A stretch of DNA of 63,175 nt, filler included, from Rhabdomonas costata (taxonomy: Eukaryota), in the NCBI GenBank assembly GCA_019059605.1. It is 20 parts of 20 records of this genome, joined end to end, with 100 filler letters (N's around TTAATTAATTAA, not from the genome) between each part and the next. Parts side by side here need not be neighbours in the genome. Positions count along the whole stretch, not along the records: positions 50,611 to 53,664 come from JAHMHO010001472.1; positions 53,765 to 56,819 come from JAHMHO010001473.1; positions 56,920 to 60,020 come from JAHMHO010001474.1; positions 60,121 to 63,175 come from JAHMHO010001475.1; 16 more parts are not named here. One strand, written 5' to 3'. Made by a program: the position numbers and the translations under genes. This document shows, in pieces, positions 51,746 through 63,175 of this stretch. Position 1 is the stretch's first letter. Every line of letters starts with the position of its first letter. The notes under the pieces were generated by a model, which was not told the origin of the DNA, ran no database searches, and saw only the letters and a program-made list of their open reading frames with translations.

Positions 51746-53163
51746 TCAGGTCTCCTCCCCGGAGCTAGCACTGTCAGTAGCCACGGTGCGGCGAGATGGG
51801 CGACAGCTCACAAGTTGTCGTGGCTGATGTGGGTGCCGCGGCTGCAGAGCCCGTGTGGCCACTCGAAACTCAACTGCAGAGGCATACAGAAGCTCAGGCT
51901 TTCTTGAAGCCAATGGGCTTCCCGCCCGCAGTTGGGCTGGAGTGAATTCTCCACTGCGACACACCTCGGAGGGGCCTTCCGAGGAGGACCGGCCGGGTTC
52001 TGAGCTGCCGCACTGGTGACCACGGACATGGGCCTGCGCCCGCTCCAGAAGCGACCGCACAAAGGTCAAGCTGGGGCACATCGTTTCCGCGGGTTGCGTT
52101 GGGCCGTGTTTCTCAAGGTATGCAGCAGCCGCAGAGGCGGCAGCTTCATAATCCCCTGAGGGGAGGAACCCAAAGCCCACTAACAAGGGGTAGATCAACA
52201 CGAATCCGAATCTGGCAGACTGTCCGGTTATTTGGCGCTCAATAACACACCCAGCCAAAAAACAAGGCAAAGCTTGTTCTCCACGACACATCTGCGATGC
52301 CAGACAGCAGCCTGAATAACAACCCAAAACTCATCCAAGTCCATCTCACCGTCAAAAGCCAACGTGGAGGAACCAAACAAGCACCTTTGTAGAAAGTCGC
52401 GGCGCAGCTCGCCCATTCTTTCTGGGGAAGCTCAGGACCGCCCGTGTCCACGCCTCGGAATGCATACAGCCACTCTCCTGAACGGGAGACAGGAAATCCA
52501 AGGCCCCAACCAAAACACTGAGCGCGGGTGGTCCTGCGAAAACAGTGGCGGCAAAGAAAGGGTTAATTGGGGTCAATTGGATGAAAGAATGACGAGTATG
52601 GCCAGCAAGCGCAAATTCAAAAACCTGCAATCACTGAAAAGCTGCACTCACCTATCTAACTCTCCTGAATTGTGATTATTGAACATCCAAGAACCACAAG
52701 TAAACATAACGAAAGAGTCTTCGAGCCTCCGCGTCAGACAAAGTGCACAAAAACGCACTATCGACCTGAACTGGACTAGATACACACGTTCTTTTTTAAA
52801 AACCCACCCAGTCAGCCCGCAAACCGTCGGTGCCCGCCTGTGCGTCCATCGCCTCGGGCACCAGCTGGAACACTGGCTCAAAGGCCACTCCCAGCCTCCG
52901 ATTGTGGATGACGTCCACCAGGAACAGCGCCTCCTGCAGCACCTGCTGCTTAACCTCATGGTCTGCACGTATATGAACAGCACAGAATGGGGTTCTATGC
53001 TTCTTTTTGGTGATCTTGGTTGTTCTTCTTGGGCCTTATGTAATATAAAGGGTTCGCGGTTGTCAACCGCCATAAAGAATGGCACACCAGTAAGGATGTT
53101 TGTGTTGTAGGCCTCGTTGAGGGCCATCAGCAGGTGGGCGCGGTCGAAAAGCACACCGAGAAC
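51746..53163 (-). CDS. Class III cyclase-family protein, degenerate catalytic end plus C-terminal tail
   Basis: Exons 53163-53088, 52962-52825, 52477-52385, 52155-51965 and possibly 51841-51746 give VLGVLFDRAHLLMALNEAYNTNILTDHEVKQQV..EALFLVDVI...VFQLV...GEWLYAF...WASCAATFYKGDYEAA. Compare the cyclase consensus GD.VN.A.RLE.LNK.Y.T.IL....R..D.V....VYEL. Confidence 0.7.
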
Positions 53164-53924
53164 CTGATCACCCGTAGAATGGCACATCCAGGGATGGGCT
53201 GTGAACACTCAAAGGACGTAGTCTCAGACTGCTGAACCTGAGCAGCCGACTTGACACAGGATACATCCTAGCCACAGCTTTTGCGCTTGACAGCGCGCTA
53301 GCTGTCCTCACTTGTAAAGAAAGCAAATTCCGAAGTATTCCAGCAAATGCCGAAGTATAACCCTCAAATCGACTCTAGAGCAGCCGCAAAAGCAGAGTGT
53401 CCAACATGTCCAGTCTGTATGAGGCGCAGCCGGAGCGGACTGATGAGCCAAGGACATCCCGCAGGGGGGGCGTCATATAACACCGGCGTTTAACAGTGTT
53501 AAACGTCAACACTCTGCTCCTAAAGTGATATATAGCTCGGAAGCAACACGGCCCATCCCTGCCAACAAGCAGTGCTCTAAGGAGCCGTGGGTCAAAAGTT
53601 AAGGACTCAGGCCTGCAAGCCAGGCTCACTAGACGCCAAGGCAAACAGTCATCCAACCAACCACNNNNNNNNNNNNNNNNNNNNNNNNNNNNNNNNNNNN
53701 NNNNNNNNTTAATTAATTAANNNNNNNNNNNNNNNNNNNNNNNNNNNNNNNNNNNNNNNNNNNNGGTTTTTTGGGGGGGGGGGGGACGATAACAGGAGTA
53801 TCTTGGGAGGAGGAGCTCCGAGCCACACGTCTAATTTGCAGAACAACGGGGATGGCCTGTTGAGTGGACAAGCTGCAACGGTCCCCGGAACGAAGAAATA
53901 TGGACGAAAAATATGCACAAAAAC

Positions 53925-56294
53925 CTTATCGAGAATTCCCCCGGTAAAGACAATCTCCTCGCACATAGCCTGGAAGAAGTCCATCATGAGGTTCACAAGG
54001 AGATCCGATGGCGTAGTTTCACATATAGATGTGAACCCTGTCCACGAGAGAGGGAAATAGATTCGCGCTTTCACTCTGATCACTCCAAACAAGTGCAGAT
54101 GCACTCTCCTTTTCATAAGTCAGAACTCACAAGAATCGTGCGTGTCTCTGCCCCCTACCCCAAAAGCGCATTCACCCATTCGTCAGACCATCACTACATA
54201 CCCACGATATCAGTGAACATCAGGCTGAGGGTCCTCCAGGACATCACCATGTCCTGGCTCATCGCCCCGCTGAGCATCATCTTCACCACATCCCGGGGAA
54301 CGTACTTGGAAAATGCGTCCAAACCCCTGGAAAGCAAACGCACCGCGTCATTGCCCTTCGCCTCACGCAAAGCACTCTATTAACACGCTGGACATTTTCA
54401 GGCGAAAATTTCGAAAAGCGTGGAACACGAAGCAGAGGAAGCACAGGTCTAGGCTTGTTCAGTTGCAGTGCGTCCATTTTTAAATTTTGTTACTGCAGGT
54501 AAGGAGGAGCTTTCATCCCTCCGGGGCTTCACCGAACAGTTCGTCAAGTGGCAAAAGGGTGACCGATGGAAACAGACGGCCACAGATGGCTGGAGCCCAT
54601 GCCAAAGCAAAGGAAGTAAGGCATCCACAGGAAGGGAGCACACCGGAAAGGATAAAAATTCCAGAAAATGTCATTGGTGCTTGTGCAGAAGTAATCACTG
54701 TGTTACAGTTGAAAGGTGGAGGGGAGACGATCATATAACTCATAACAAATTCCACTCGTCCAGAATCACCGAAACGAGCACACTGGGCTCTTAACCCACG
54801 TGGGTCATAATTGTTCTTTCCCAGCAATAGGTCCGGGGAATCGTACAAAATGATTCAAAACTCACGGAGCCGTAGCGAAAATAGCAGAAGGGCTTGGCAC
54901 TGCCCCGCCGCCTCAAAGGTGTGGTGACGGGCGATAAATTCAACCGCAAGTATAAAAACCACAAAAAACGAACAGCTGTGAAGAGGAACAGAAAGGTAGG
55001 ACTCACTTACCCGCGAGGACACGCTCACCGAGCGAATCCAGAAACTCCCCGTTTCCAGCTCAACGGTGGTATTGATCATGGGAACCGTCGCCCAACTCTG
55101 GTACCGGTCAAGCACCCAGTACCCCGCAGCCCGAATCGTGGCATCGGTGGAGTTCAACGCCGTGTAGACTCGGTACTGGCTTATCGGGGGAGGGTTTGTG
55201 AACGGGTTGTTCTGGCTGTAGTCAGTGTCAGAGTGAGAGAAGAACTTCCCGTGCGAGGCCCCCACCAGCGTCCCCTCAGGGGTCCGGAAGATAATGAACA
55301 GCCTGTCTCCGGGAGTCGGGACAAGGGACAGCAGCATACTGCTGATGGAGTACACCTGCGCCGCAACCTGGACCACGAACGTGGCCTGGCGGTCCAGAAA
55401 GGGAATCCAGCAAATCAAGTACGTGTCTGGGATTCCGACAATTCTTGCGAAGGAGATGTAGTTGATCCACTGGCAGGTCCTCTGTTGCGGCAAGCTGAAG
55501 GAAAGGCGGGTCCGGTAAGGGAAGTTCTCCTGGTATCCGCAGCGCACAGGGCGTCCCGTGGAGGAATTGGATAGGCAGATCACCATGTAGGTGCCGTTGA
55601 GGAAGGGGTTGACATACATCGGGGTGCTGTACATGGTGGGCTCCAGCTGCATGGTTAACAGGTTGACGTTGATCCAGCTGAAAGCTATCTGCTGCCGCAC
55701 TCCAGTCCTGGAAGCAGAGAACGACTCCCAAGCCCCGAGCATTTCGTGAATCAGCAAGCAAGTGCAAAAATAGGGTGGCGGCATTGCCTGTCCCAAAACA
55801 GCGCTGTCGACTTGCCATCCCTTGGACACGCGGAATTTTAGCCAAAAGGAATTGCCATTGATCGATCTGTCTCGACTAAAGCAACTGACAGGCGCAATAA
55901 GGCATTCACAACTGCACGACCAAAAGTGCAAGAAAAAACTATTCCATGGAATTGGGGTAATACCAAAAAAATAAGGCAGGCAGGATAGGGAGACACTTGA
56001 CAAAGAGCAGCAGAGCAAAGCACACAAAGAATACCCGTTCTGCAGGTCGGAAACAAGAGACACATTCAACCCAAGCAGCCACGGGTTGGCCTTCACCGCA
56101 CTAAAGACGACGTCCTGGAACGGAGTCACCCCTGCGGGGGAGAGGCCGGCAGTCCTGCCATTCCATCCGAGCGCCCCAGTCGCCTCTAAATAGTTCATCG
56201 TTTGGTCGACCATCGACTCGCAGCGGTCCACGTAAGACTGCACAGAGGTCTCCACGCTGACCATCAGCGAGTCCTCGAGCTCCGTTGAGACACT
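53925..56294 (-). CDS. Receptor-type class III adenylyl cyclase (Cache-like ectodomain plus start of catalytic domain), partial
   Basis: Ectodomain exons 56294-56035 and 55707-55011 contain several N-x-S/T sequons and the Cache-like RLFIIFRTPEGTLVGASHG. Catalytic exons 54326-54202 and 54037-53925 give GLDAFSKYVPRDVV...LSLMFTDIVGFTSICE...LMMDFFQAMCEEIVFTGGILDK, with the metal-binding Asp and the ATP-specifying Lys. Confidence 0.88.
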
Positions 56295-58531
56295 CTGAGA
56301 TGTGGCAAAGCGCACAGGCAGATGTGAGCACAAAAAGCGCGGTGCTGATGTTAACCGCTCAGCACCCAAATGGCAAAGGAATAAAAAATAAATCGAAGCA
56401 AATACACCAAAGAGGAGTGAACGGAGAAACTTGCAAAGAACCATCGCAGTGAAATTTCCCAGTTCCAGGTCTGCGGGGTCCTGAGCCGGAAGAGGGAACA
56501 CCTTCTCACAAAAATGAAATTATGTTTAGGGTGTAGAAACGAAGCCATGATGAGGGGCGAGGCCGCCGAGTGACTTCAGCCCACATTGAAGGCTTACAAA
56601 AGAAGAGATTCACACCAGATACCCATTTATTTACCGCGTTTCTCTTCAGGAAACACCTTCCGCCTCAAGTCAAAGCTGTTCAAATGACAACAACACTGGG
56701 ATGCTGACCGAAATCAAAAGTAGACACATCCCTGCGGCAGCTGCCCCCATTTCTACGGGTCCTGCGATATAACCCCATTGGAGCACCAACAGCACATCAG
56801 ACAGGACGACCACCCCCCCNNNNNNNNNNNNNNNNNNNNNNNNNNNNNNNNNNNNNNNNNNNNTTAATTAATTAANNNNNNNNNNNNNNNNNNNNNNNNN
56901 NNNNNNNNNNNNNNNNNNNGGTTTTTAGGGTCATTTGGGCCCTTTTGGGCGCTTTTCTGCAAAAAAAAAAGGGGGGGGGGGAGCTTTTGGCCCTTTTTGC
57001 CTGAGCCTGACCTTTCGGCCGGGTTTACGTAGCATGACCTCAGGAATACTCTACTGGCTTTACCTACTGGCACCGGAATGGGGGCGCCTGGCTCTCGTGC
57101 TTGCCTCCAAAAAGAGAAATACTTTTCTCGCGCAGCGGAGTTGTGCAGACAGGGGTTGATGTTTTTGCTCTTGTTTTGGTCGATGATGGGCCCTGTAAGA
57201 AAAACGAAAAATCGCAAAAAAGAAAAAAAGCGTCTGAAATGTCTTGCTGTGCTGAGTTGGTTTGAATCTGAAATCGAAATGCACGGATCAGCAAAGCAAT
57301 AGAAAAAGGGAGCGAACGAAAACGGAGAACCGAGAAAAACTGTAGAAGATAATATCAGAGCAGGCTATGGCTGAACACTTGGCGCATAGTCCGGAAGGTT
57401 CTTCTGTAGTTTTCCGCGTCTGTGTTGCTTTTTTCAGCCTGACCCTGATTCCTCCGCTGCCTAACACGAACATTCCACTTCTGGTCTCCAGCTCCCGGGA
57501 TGGCGCGGTCAAAGTGTGGCAGAATCGCCAGCCCCTAAGCTGATAGTCCCCAGGCTCAATTCCGCGTCAATGAGGAGAAAAATGTCGGATGCTGCTGACC
57601 TCCGATTTTTGGGCTTGCAGCGCTCTGTAGGGCTGGCGCCATCTTGTGGCTCGAATCTTGGATTTGGAGAACCCTTGCAAGCTTTCCGTTGTACAACACA
57701 AATACCCTCCCTTGGCTCGGACGTTTCTGCCATTGTGCTTGTTCCTGACGTTGAGCCCATTTGCGTTGCTTGCTATGCTTGCTGTGCTCTGAGTCTTTGT
57801 TTATGACCTTAAATTGGCTGGTTGCTCAGCTGTTTGCGGTGTTTGCGGTTCTCTAACCCACCCAGGAATCTACGATGTGTCGGTTTGTGTTGCTATTGGG
57901 AGTTGGATGAGCACCATATAACGCCAAATCCGGACTCGCAAACCGGATTGTGGGTTGGCACCATCGCTTAAATGTCTTTCGCGGAACAAAGAACATGCTG
58001 ACAGCGTTGACGATGTTGATTCTCATCCCCTTCCTCATGACATTTTCAGAGTTTCCATCTCTGATTTACGGTTCCAGCATAATGACATTGTCCGGCTCGC
58101 CTCTCAATGGGGGCAGGAACGAATCAAGTGAGCGGCTTGTACGGAACCGGTCTTTCAAGTTTTACCTTTTTCAGAGGAAAATTGATTCACAGGAAAATCG
58201 AGGCGAACTAAAACGCACAAGGGTATTCTGGTGGAAACGGAGAGTTAATGAAGGCATGAGAAGGGGAAGGCAAGGGACATGGGAGGGAATGGAGTGGGAG
58301 AACGAATAGGTGAGAGAGGTGAGAGAGGAAGGGGAAGAAGGGAAAGAGGATTAATTTATTCCAACGGGGTGTTGATGGCTGAGACAAAGTTTGGAGAGAA
58401 AATGCTTGATGATTACTTCGTGGTTGCCTCCCCATCCACCTCCATCAGAACCCCATCTAAACTGTTTTCTTTACCTTTTCTTCCCTGCTTCATTGCTGGT
58501 TGCTCTCTCGTTCGCGTCATCCCCCCTGGGG

Positions 58532-60020
58532 ATGTCGATTTGGTGGGACCCCCGGGTTTGGCTTTCCAAGTCCAAGGCGAACTACGCTGCTTTGGTGCGG
58601 ATCCCTGGCCCATCCTGTGCCGATGGCTCCCCCTCTCAGTCTTCGTCCTCTAGTGACAGTGATGAAGAGGTGCTTTTGCTGAAGGATCCTGCGGATGATG
58701 AGGAAGAAGGGGGGGTACCTCGGACGGTAGTGCCTGGGGCCCGGGAGCTGGAGGTGTTCTCCCCTCAGGCCGGGACGTGGCGCTGTGTGCAGAGCACAGG
58801 GGACGTCCCTGTGGCGCAGTCGGCCCTCTCCGCATGGCACGTGTGCATTCATTTGGTGGTAGTGTGTGCCCCGCAGTGGGTCAGTGGAATGATTTGTCCT
58901 TTTTAATTGGGATGGTCACCCGAAACTCAGAGGAATGTATGTGATGTGTATGTGCATTTCAACCTTGAGTTGTCCTACATATAAATGCCATCGTCTTCAG
59001 TATATCAGTTGTAAAGTTCAGTGATTCAGCCCGCTACAATATACAAAAAGGCCATTGCAACGGACGTCTTCGCACCGTAGAGATGATTTTAATAATTCAG
59101 TCATGTTGTATGATACCAGACACCACTTGCCAGACCAGATGTTTGTTATGCGCTGTTCACAGGGGTATTGTTTGCAATCGTAACGCATGAAGCCTGCGAA
59201 AAATCACAGGATCGCATGTTTCTCAGTCTGCATTGTAACGTGCCTCATTTGGTTTTTACGTACGGCAGTGCTGTTTGTTGTTAGAAGCTGGCAAGTGTGC
59301 TGCTGACCGTCCAAAATCCAAAATCGGACACATCCATATGCACACTCACACGAACACAAAAGCAGTTTACAGTCCGAATTAGCCGTTTCAGGCAGAAAAT
59401 TGCAGACTACCAGACCCATGTATCAGCCGCAATTGCGGCAGCGGCAGGCAGAGAGAGCAGCCCTGAGCGAGGCCTTCACATCACAGTCGATTATACATTA
59501 CGCATTGTACATTGTACGAACGAAACGCGCGCATACTCTCGTACCCACGCTGAAGGTACTTCTCACGACCATCCGTGGCCATCAGGGCGTGCGCCCGTCA
59601 GTCTGTAGTGGTCACCAACAGCCAGTCAGGCAACTGCCAGCGCTTTATGCGTCCGACACACACGCACCCGCACACACACACACGTTTTCTAGTCCTCTCC
59701 GCGGGGAAAAGGCACCGGAAAATCGCAGAAAAAAATACAAACTTCGTCAGGTGCACTACCCACGTATGTAACGACAAACATTCCTACCGCCCCCAAACCA
59801 CACCATACACACATACACGGTGTGACTGTGTGTTTCAGTCACGTTCCTTCAGATGCACACTCGCTCACTCACTCACTCACTCACTCACTCACTCACTCAC
59901 TCACTCACTCACTCACTCACTCACTCACTCACTCATTCACTCACACTGTCAGTGCGGTGGGAAACCGCGTGTTTCTCTACGGCGGGGTGCATCCCGGTGG
60001 AGTCTCTGGGATGCAACCCA
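58532..60020 (+). CDS. Kelch-repeat protein, 5' two exons
   Basis: Exon 58532-58836 (...GTWRCVQSTGDVPVAQSALSA) plus exon 59953 to contig end (CAVGNRVFLYGGVHPGG) rebuild the kelch motif W.....G..P.......SACAVG..V.LYGG across a GC-AG intron. Confidence 0.75.
59865..59944. repeat. (TCAC)n microsatellite, about 20 copies
   Basis: A near-perfect tetranucleotide run ends 8 nt before the splice acceptor at 59952. Confidence 0.95.
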
Positions 60021-60213
60021 NNNNNNNNNNNNNNNNNNNNNNNNNNNNNNNNNNNNNNNNNNNNTTAATTAATTAANNNNNNNNNNNNNNNNNNNNNNNN
60101 NNNNNNNNNNNNNNNNNNNNGTGTTTTGTGGAAGGCTGGAAATGTTTTGGGGATGTTCCAGGGGCTGAGCTCTTTTCTGTTCCCATTGGTTGCTGCCTCC
60201 CTGTCATTACCAG

Positions 60214-60335
60214 CCGCGACAGAAGGAGCATTGGCCAATTGGAGGGCAGTTATTGATAAAATGGACATTGGACGTTGGAGGGACAAGCTCCTGACCCTAA
60301 GTAATCCACAATTAGTTGGAGGCAATGAGCTGAAG
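60214..60335 (+). CDS. Possible orphan internal exon
   Basis: A CAG acceptor and AAG|GTAGGA donor flank AATEGALANWRAVIDKMDIGRWRDKLLTLSNPQLVGGNELK. No partner exons were identified. Confidence 0.3.
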
Positions 60336-60790
60336 GTAGGATTCCTCGTTTCTTTCAGCGAGTCTGCTTCTCTCATGCATTCTTCCCAGCTTTCAAACCA
60401 TTCTAATTTCATTGAAAATTTTGATGCGAAGCAAGAAAAAATTGCGAAACGCCGGGCAATGCAAAAATCAGATTCCACCCGATTTTTCTTGTTTGGTTAG
60501 GAAGCGCTGTGGGAGAAAATTGCTGCCCTTTGCTGGCGTCTGGTTTTGGTTTTTATCAAACTCCATCTTTCACACAGACGAAGTTTTCCATTTTTGATCA
60601 AGAAAGCGAAACCAAAAGGCATCGTTGTACCTGCCTCTTGATAACTGCTCGAACCTCTGTGCTGCTGCTAAAAGGGATCGAGGGGTGCTTTTCTCTGTGC
60701 TTGAGTGCTTTGCGTGATTTTGCTGCGCAAAAAGCGCTCACGCAAAGCACTCAAGGGAGAGAACGGGGTACGTCCCCACACCGCTCACCG

Positions 60791-61180
60791 ATGGGGTGCT
60801 GCTGCAACCGTCCGCTGCTGGGGTGCTGCGGGGACGGGGTTGAGGTCACCGACCCTGCCTTGCTCGGGTGCTACACTTTCGAAGACCCTCACTCCAAGGC
60901 CTCTGCGATCCTTCACGTGAAACCCACCCGCCTGTGCTACCACCTCCGCCGGGCTAGCGGCCCGGCGGGCGCGAGCGGCGGAGAGACCCGAGTAGTCGCA
61001 CCGATTCGTGCGGTGGAGCGGGTGAAGGGGCAGGTCGTGGGCTTCCATGGGGGATGCTGCGGCTCAGGCCGGGACTTTGAGGTCGCGGAGAGGGCTGCGG
61101 CATTGGGCCTGGTGCGGATTCGGGTGCCCAAGGATGGCGTGGTGTTGTCCAAGGATCCACCGCAGGGCCTCCCAAAGTAA
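60791..61180 (+). CDS. Small (129 aa) single-exon protein with an N-terminal MGCCC dual-acylation motif
   Basis: GC-rich, GC3-biased ORF from ATG to TAA: MGCCCNRPLLGCCGDG... Gly2 plus adjacent cysteines form a myristoylation/palmitoylation signature. Confidence 0.65.
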   Translation: MGCCCNRPLLGCCGDGVEVTDPALLGCYTFEDPHSKASAILHVKPTRLCYHLRRASGPAGASGGETRVVAPIRAVERVKGQVVGFHGGCCGSGRDFEVAERAAALGLVRIRVPKDGVVLSKDPPQGLPK

Positions 61181-63175
61181 CTCCCGGAGAGTGCGGTGGC
61201 TGGAGGTGAAGAGCAATAACAAGAAAGGAGCTGTGGGCGATAGTATTTTGTACGCACAAGGATAAGCTGTATTTGGGTGATGTAGGTATGGGTTGAAGTC
61301 TGAGATGATCGGTGTGGTTTTATGCATTTTCGATGGGCGTTGTTAATTGGTATAGTACTGTATGGAGGGATTCTCCTCCTTTTCCTTTCTAGCCTGTTGG
61401 GTGGGTTTGGTATTGCAGCGGATGCACATATCGAGTGAAATTGTTCCTTTCCCTAATCAGGCGTCTTCTCTTGCATTCTTTGGCTTGATGGGACGAAGCC
61501 GTGTCAGGCCCAAGATGGACAGGGAGTCATAGGGCCGGAGAAGAGATGCCAGTTGTTCATCAGAATCCCGCAGTTATCTTGAAGTGTCCCGTGGGGAAGG
61601 GCATAAATATATTTTGCGCCACCACCACTCCTATTCCGGGCCTAGAAACACTCAGGGGACCCGCAAATTGCCCCCTGACCCCCCGCAGTCTGATGAATAA
61701 AGTGGAAGTGCGCCCTAAACTCACAATGAACGCTTAAATCTTGCATGTGTGCGGGGAGCCTTTTGTGATGCAGATGCGTCCGCTGCATATTCTTAGACTT
61801 CGCGCTTCCGTGTTTACGAGTACGGGTGCCCCAGCGTGCACGTTACGTGGTGATTGGTTTTCACCAATTCCCTGCTGGGCTGATTTGCGCGTTTGTTGAG
61901 TTGAGTTGAGTTGAGAGGTTCCTTTTGTGGCTGTACATAAGACTTTGGTTTGTAGTGCCTTAGTTTGCACCCTTCATGCTTTATGCGCCCGCCTGCCCAC
62001 CCACACGCACATTCATCACCTTCACCACGTTCCAGCATATTCATCGCACCCTCTCCTCCGATTTATGTTCGGAGGAGGCGAGAGGACGTAGTGTGGGTGG
62101 GTAAATAGGTGGGAGGATTGTTTTGACCTTCGATGGAGAGCCTCACGATGTACTTTATTTTGAAACGAAAATGCAGATGTCATCTGGAACTCATTCGCAG
62201 CTGGACAGCGGCGTTTTTCTCCGTCGGCGTTCCGTGAGTGTCCTGTGTGCTTCGTGTGACTGTTGACGCCTGTGACGGTTGCTGTGTCCTGTAAACTTTG
62301 CGTGGGAGAACAATTGCAGGACTGGGTGGTTGGTTTTCGGACCGGTATCTATCATCGGTGAGTGGGGATTTCAGCGTCACACGAATATTCTGATTCTGAT
62401 TCTGATTCTGAATAGAAGAAGGTACCCGAATGCTTTTTAAAACACCGCCATGAACCACCCCGAGAAACCCCCCTCACAAGTGCATCATCAGTGGCTGGTA
62501 GCCCTTTGTTCTTTGTCTTTTCAGGATTAAGAGAGAAGCCAGTTCGTTAAGGAAACACTCAATATTCAGTTGTGTTTCGGGGGGTGAGGTGGGTGGCCTT
62601 GCGTTCGTGTTCTGTGCGATCGGATTGGAGTGGCGAATTGTTTCAGGCGGAGAGTCCTGGTCTGATGTCGGCGCCCCACACATGACATCAGTGTGCTATG
62701 GGACCTCCGAGCAAGCACTCATCGGCCGCGCACGTCTTAGGTTGGAGGCACTTTTCTTTACATCCACGCTCTTCTTCACGTGTGTGTGTTTCCTATCTGA
62801 TTTTTCATCGCACGTGCAGACACAAACTCGAAAAAACAAGCACTCCCTAAATCAAATAGGAGTCCGATGGATTGGGGGGGGGTTAACGGTATAACGTCGT
62901 TGAACCGTTTCACACCCCCTCATGCATCGTACTGCAAAGAAGACGCTGGAGAAGTCTCTGGATGGTTGGAGGTCATAGCGGGGGTTCTGCTCTCACTTCT
63001 CCGAGCTGGCAGAGTTTATTATTGGTCTCTGGTTGCAAAGTTCTGTGGTGCCCGAAAGGAGGAGAGATCAGTGCCCCTAGCTCCCACTTAACTCGGTCAA
63101 TGCCTGTTGTCTTGCATGCATGTTATTTCTCTTTCCAGGGATCCTCCCTCTTGCATCTCTTTCCTCCCAAAACAA

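Noticed and set aside
3143..60120. Regularly spaced TTAATTAATTAA motif about every 3.16 kb, resembling an array
   Set aside because: It is always centred in 44+44 Ns, so it is an artificial six-frame-stop linker. The periodicity reflects contigs of similar length. No gene-neighbourhood inference across spacers is valid.
1..63175. rRNA, tRNA, spliced-leader RNA or box C/D snoRNA genes
   Set aside because: I recognised no convincing cloverleaf, rRNA segment or SL exon by eye. Scattered TGATGA/CTGA pairs (e.g. near 32554) lack support. A covariance-model search (Infernal/Rfam, tRNAscan-SE) would be needed.

Overview
This window is not one locus. It is a concatenation of 20 unrelated eukaryotic contigs of about 3.05-3.14 kb, joined by artificial 100-bp spacers (N44-TTAATTAATTAA-N44). 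Contig ends carry G/T-only primer-like remnants and fold-back hairpins typical of whole-genome-amplified DNA. The DNA is intron-rich, with short exons, mostly GT-AG introns and microsatellites. An articulin-type gene and four fragments of a receptor-type class III nucleotidyl cyclase family point to a euglenid or other euglenozoan (inference). I rebuilt the genes exon by exon using splice-phase compatibility; most ORF-track entries are spurious. Recognisable partial genes are an ABCD-like ABC transporter, a HECT E3 ligase, an articulin, an insulysin-like M16 peptidase, an ERGIC/Erv46-like protein, a kelch protein, a possible COMM-domain protein and the cyclases. The most interesting items are (1) an intron-containing gene fusing a WWE domain to a bacterial-defence-type SIR2-like domain, a candidate ADP-ribose-sensing NADase, and (2) two independent introns that are best read as GA-AG. 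All domain calls come from motif recognition by eye; no database search was run.
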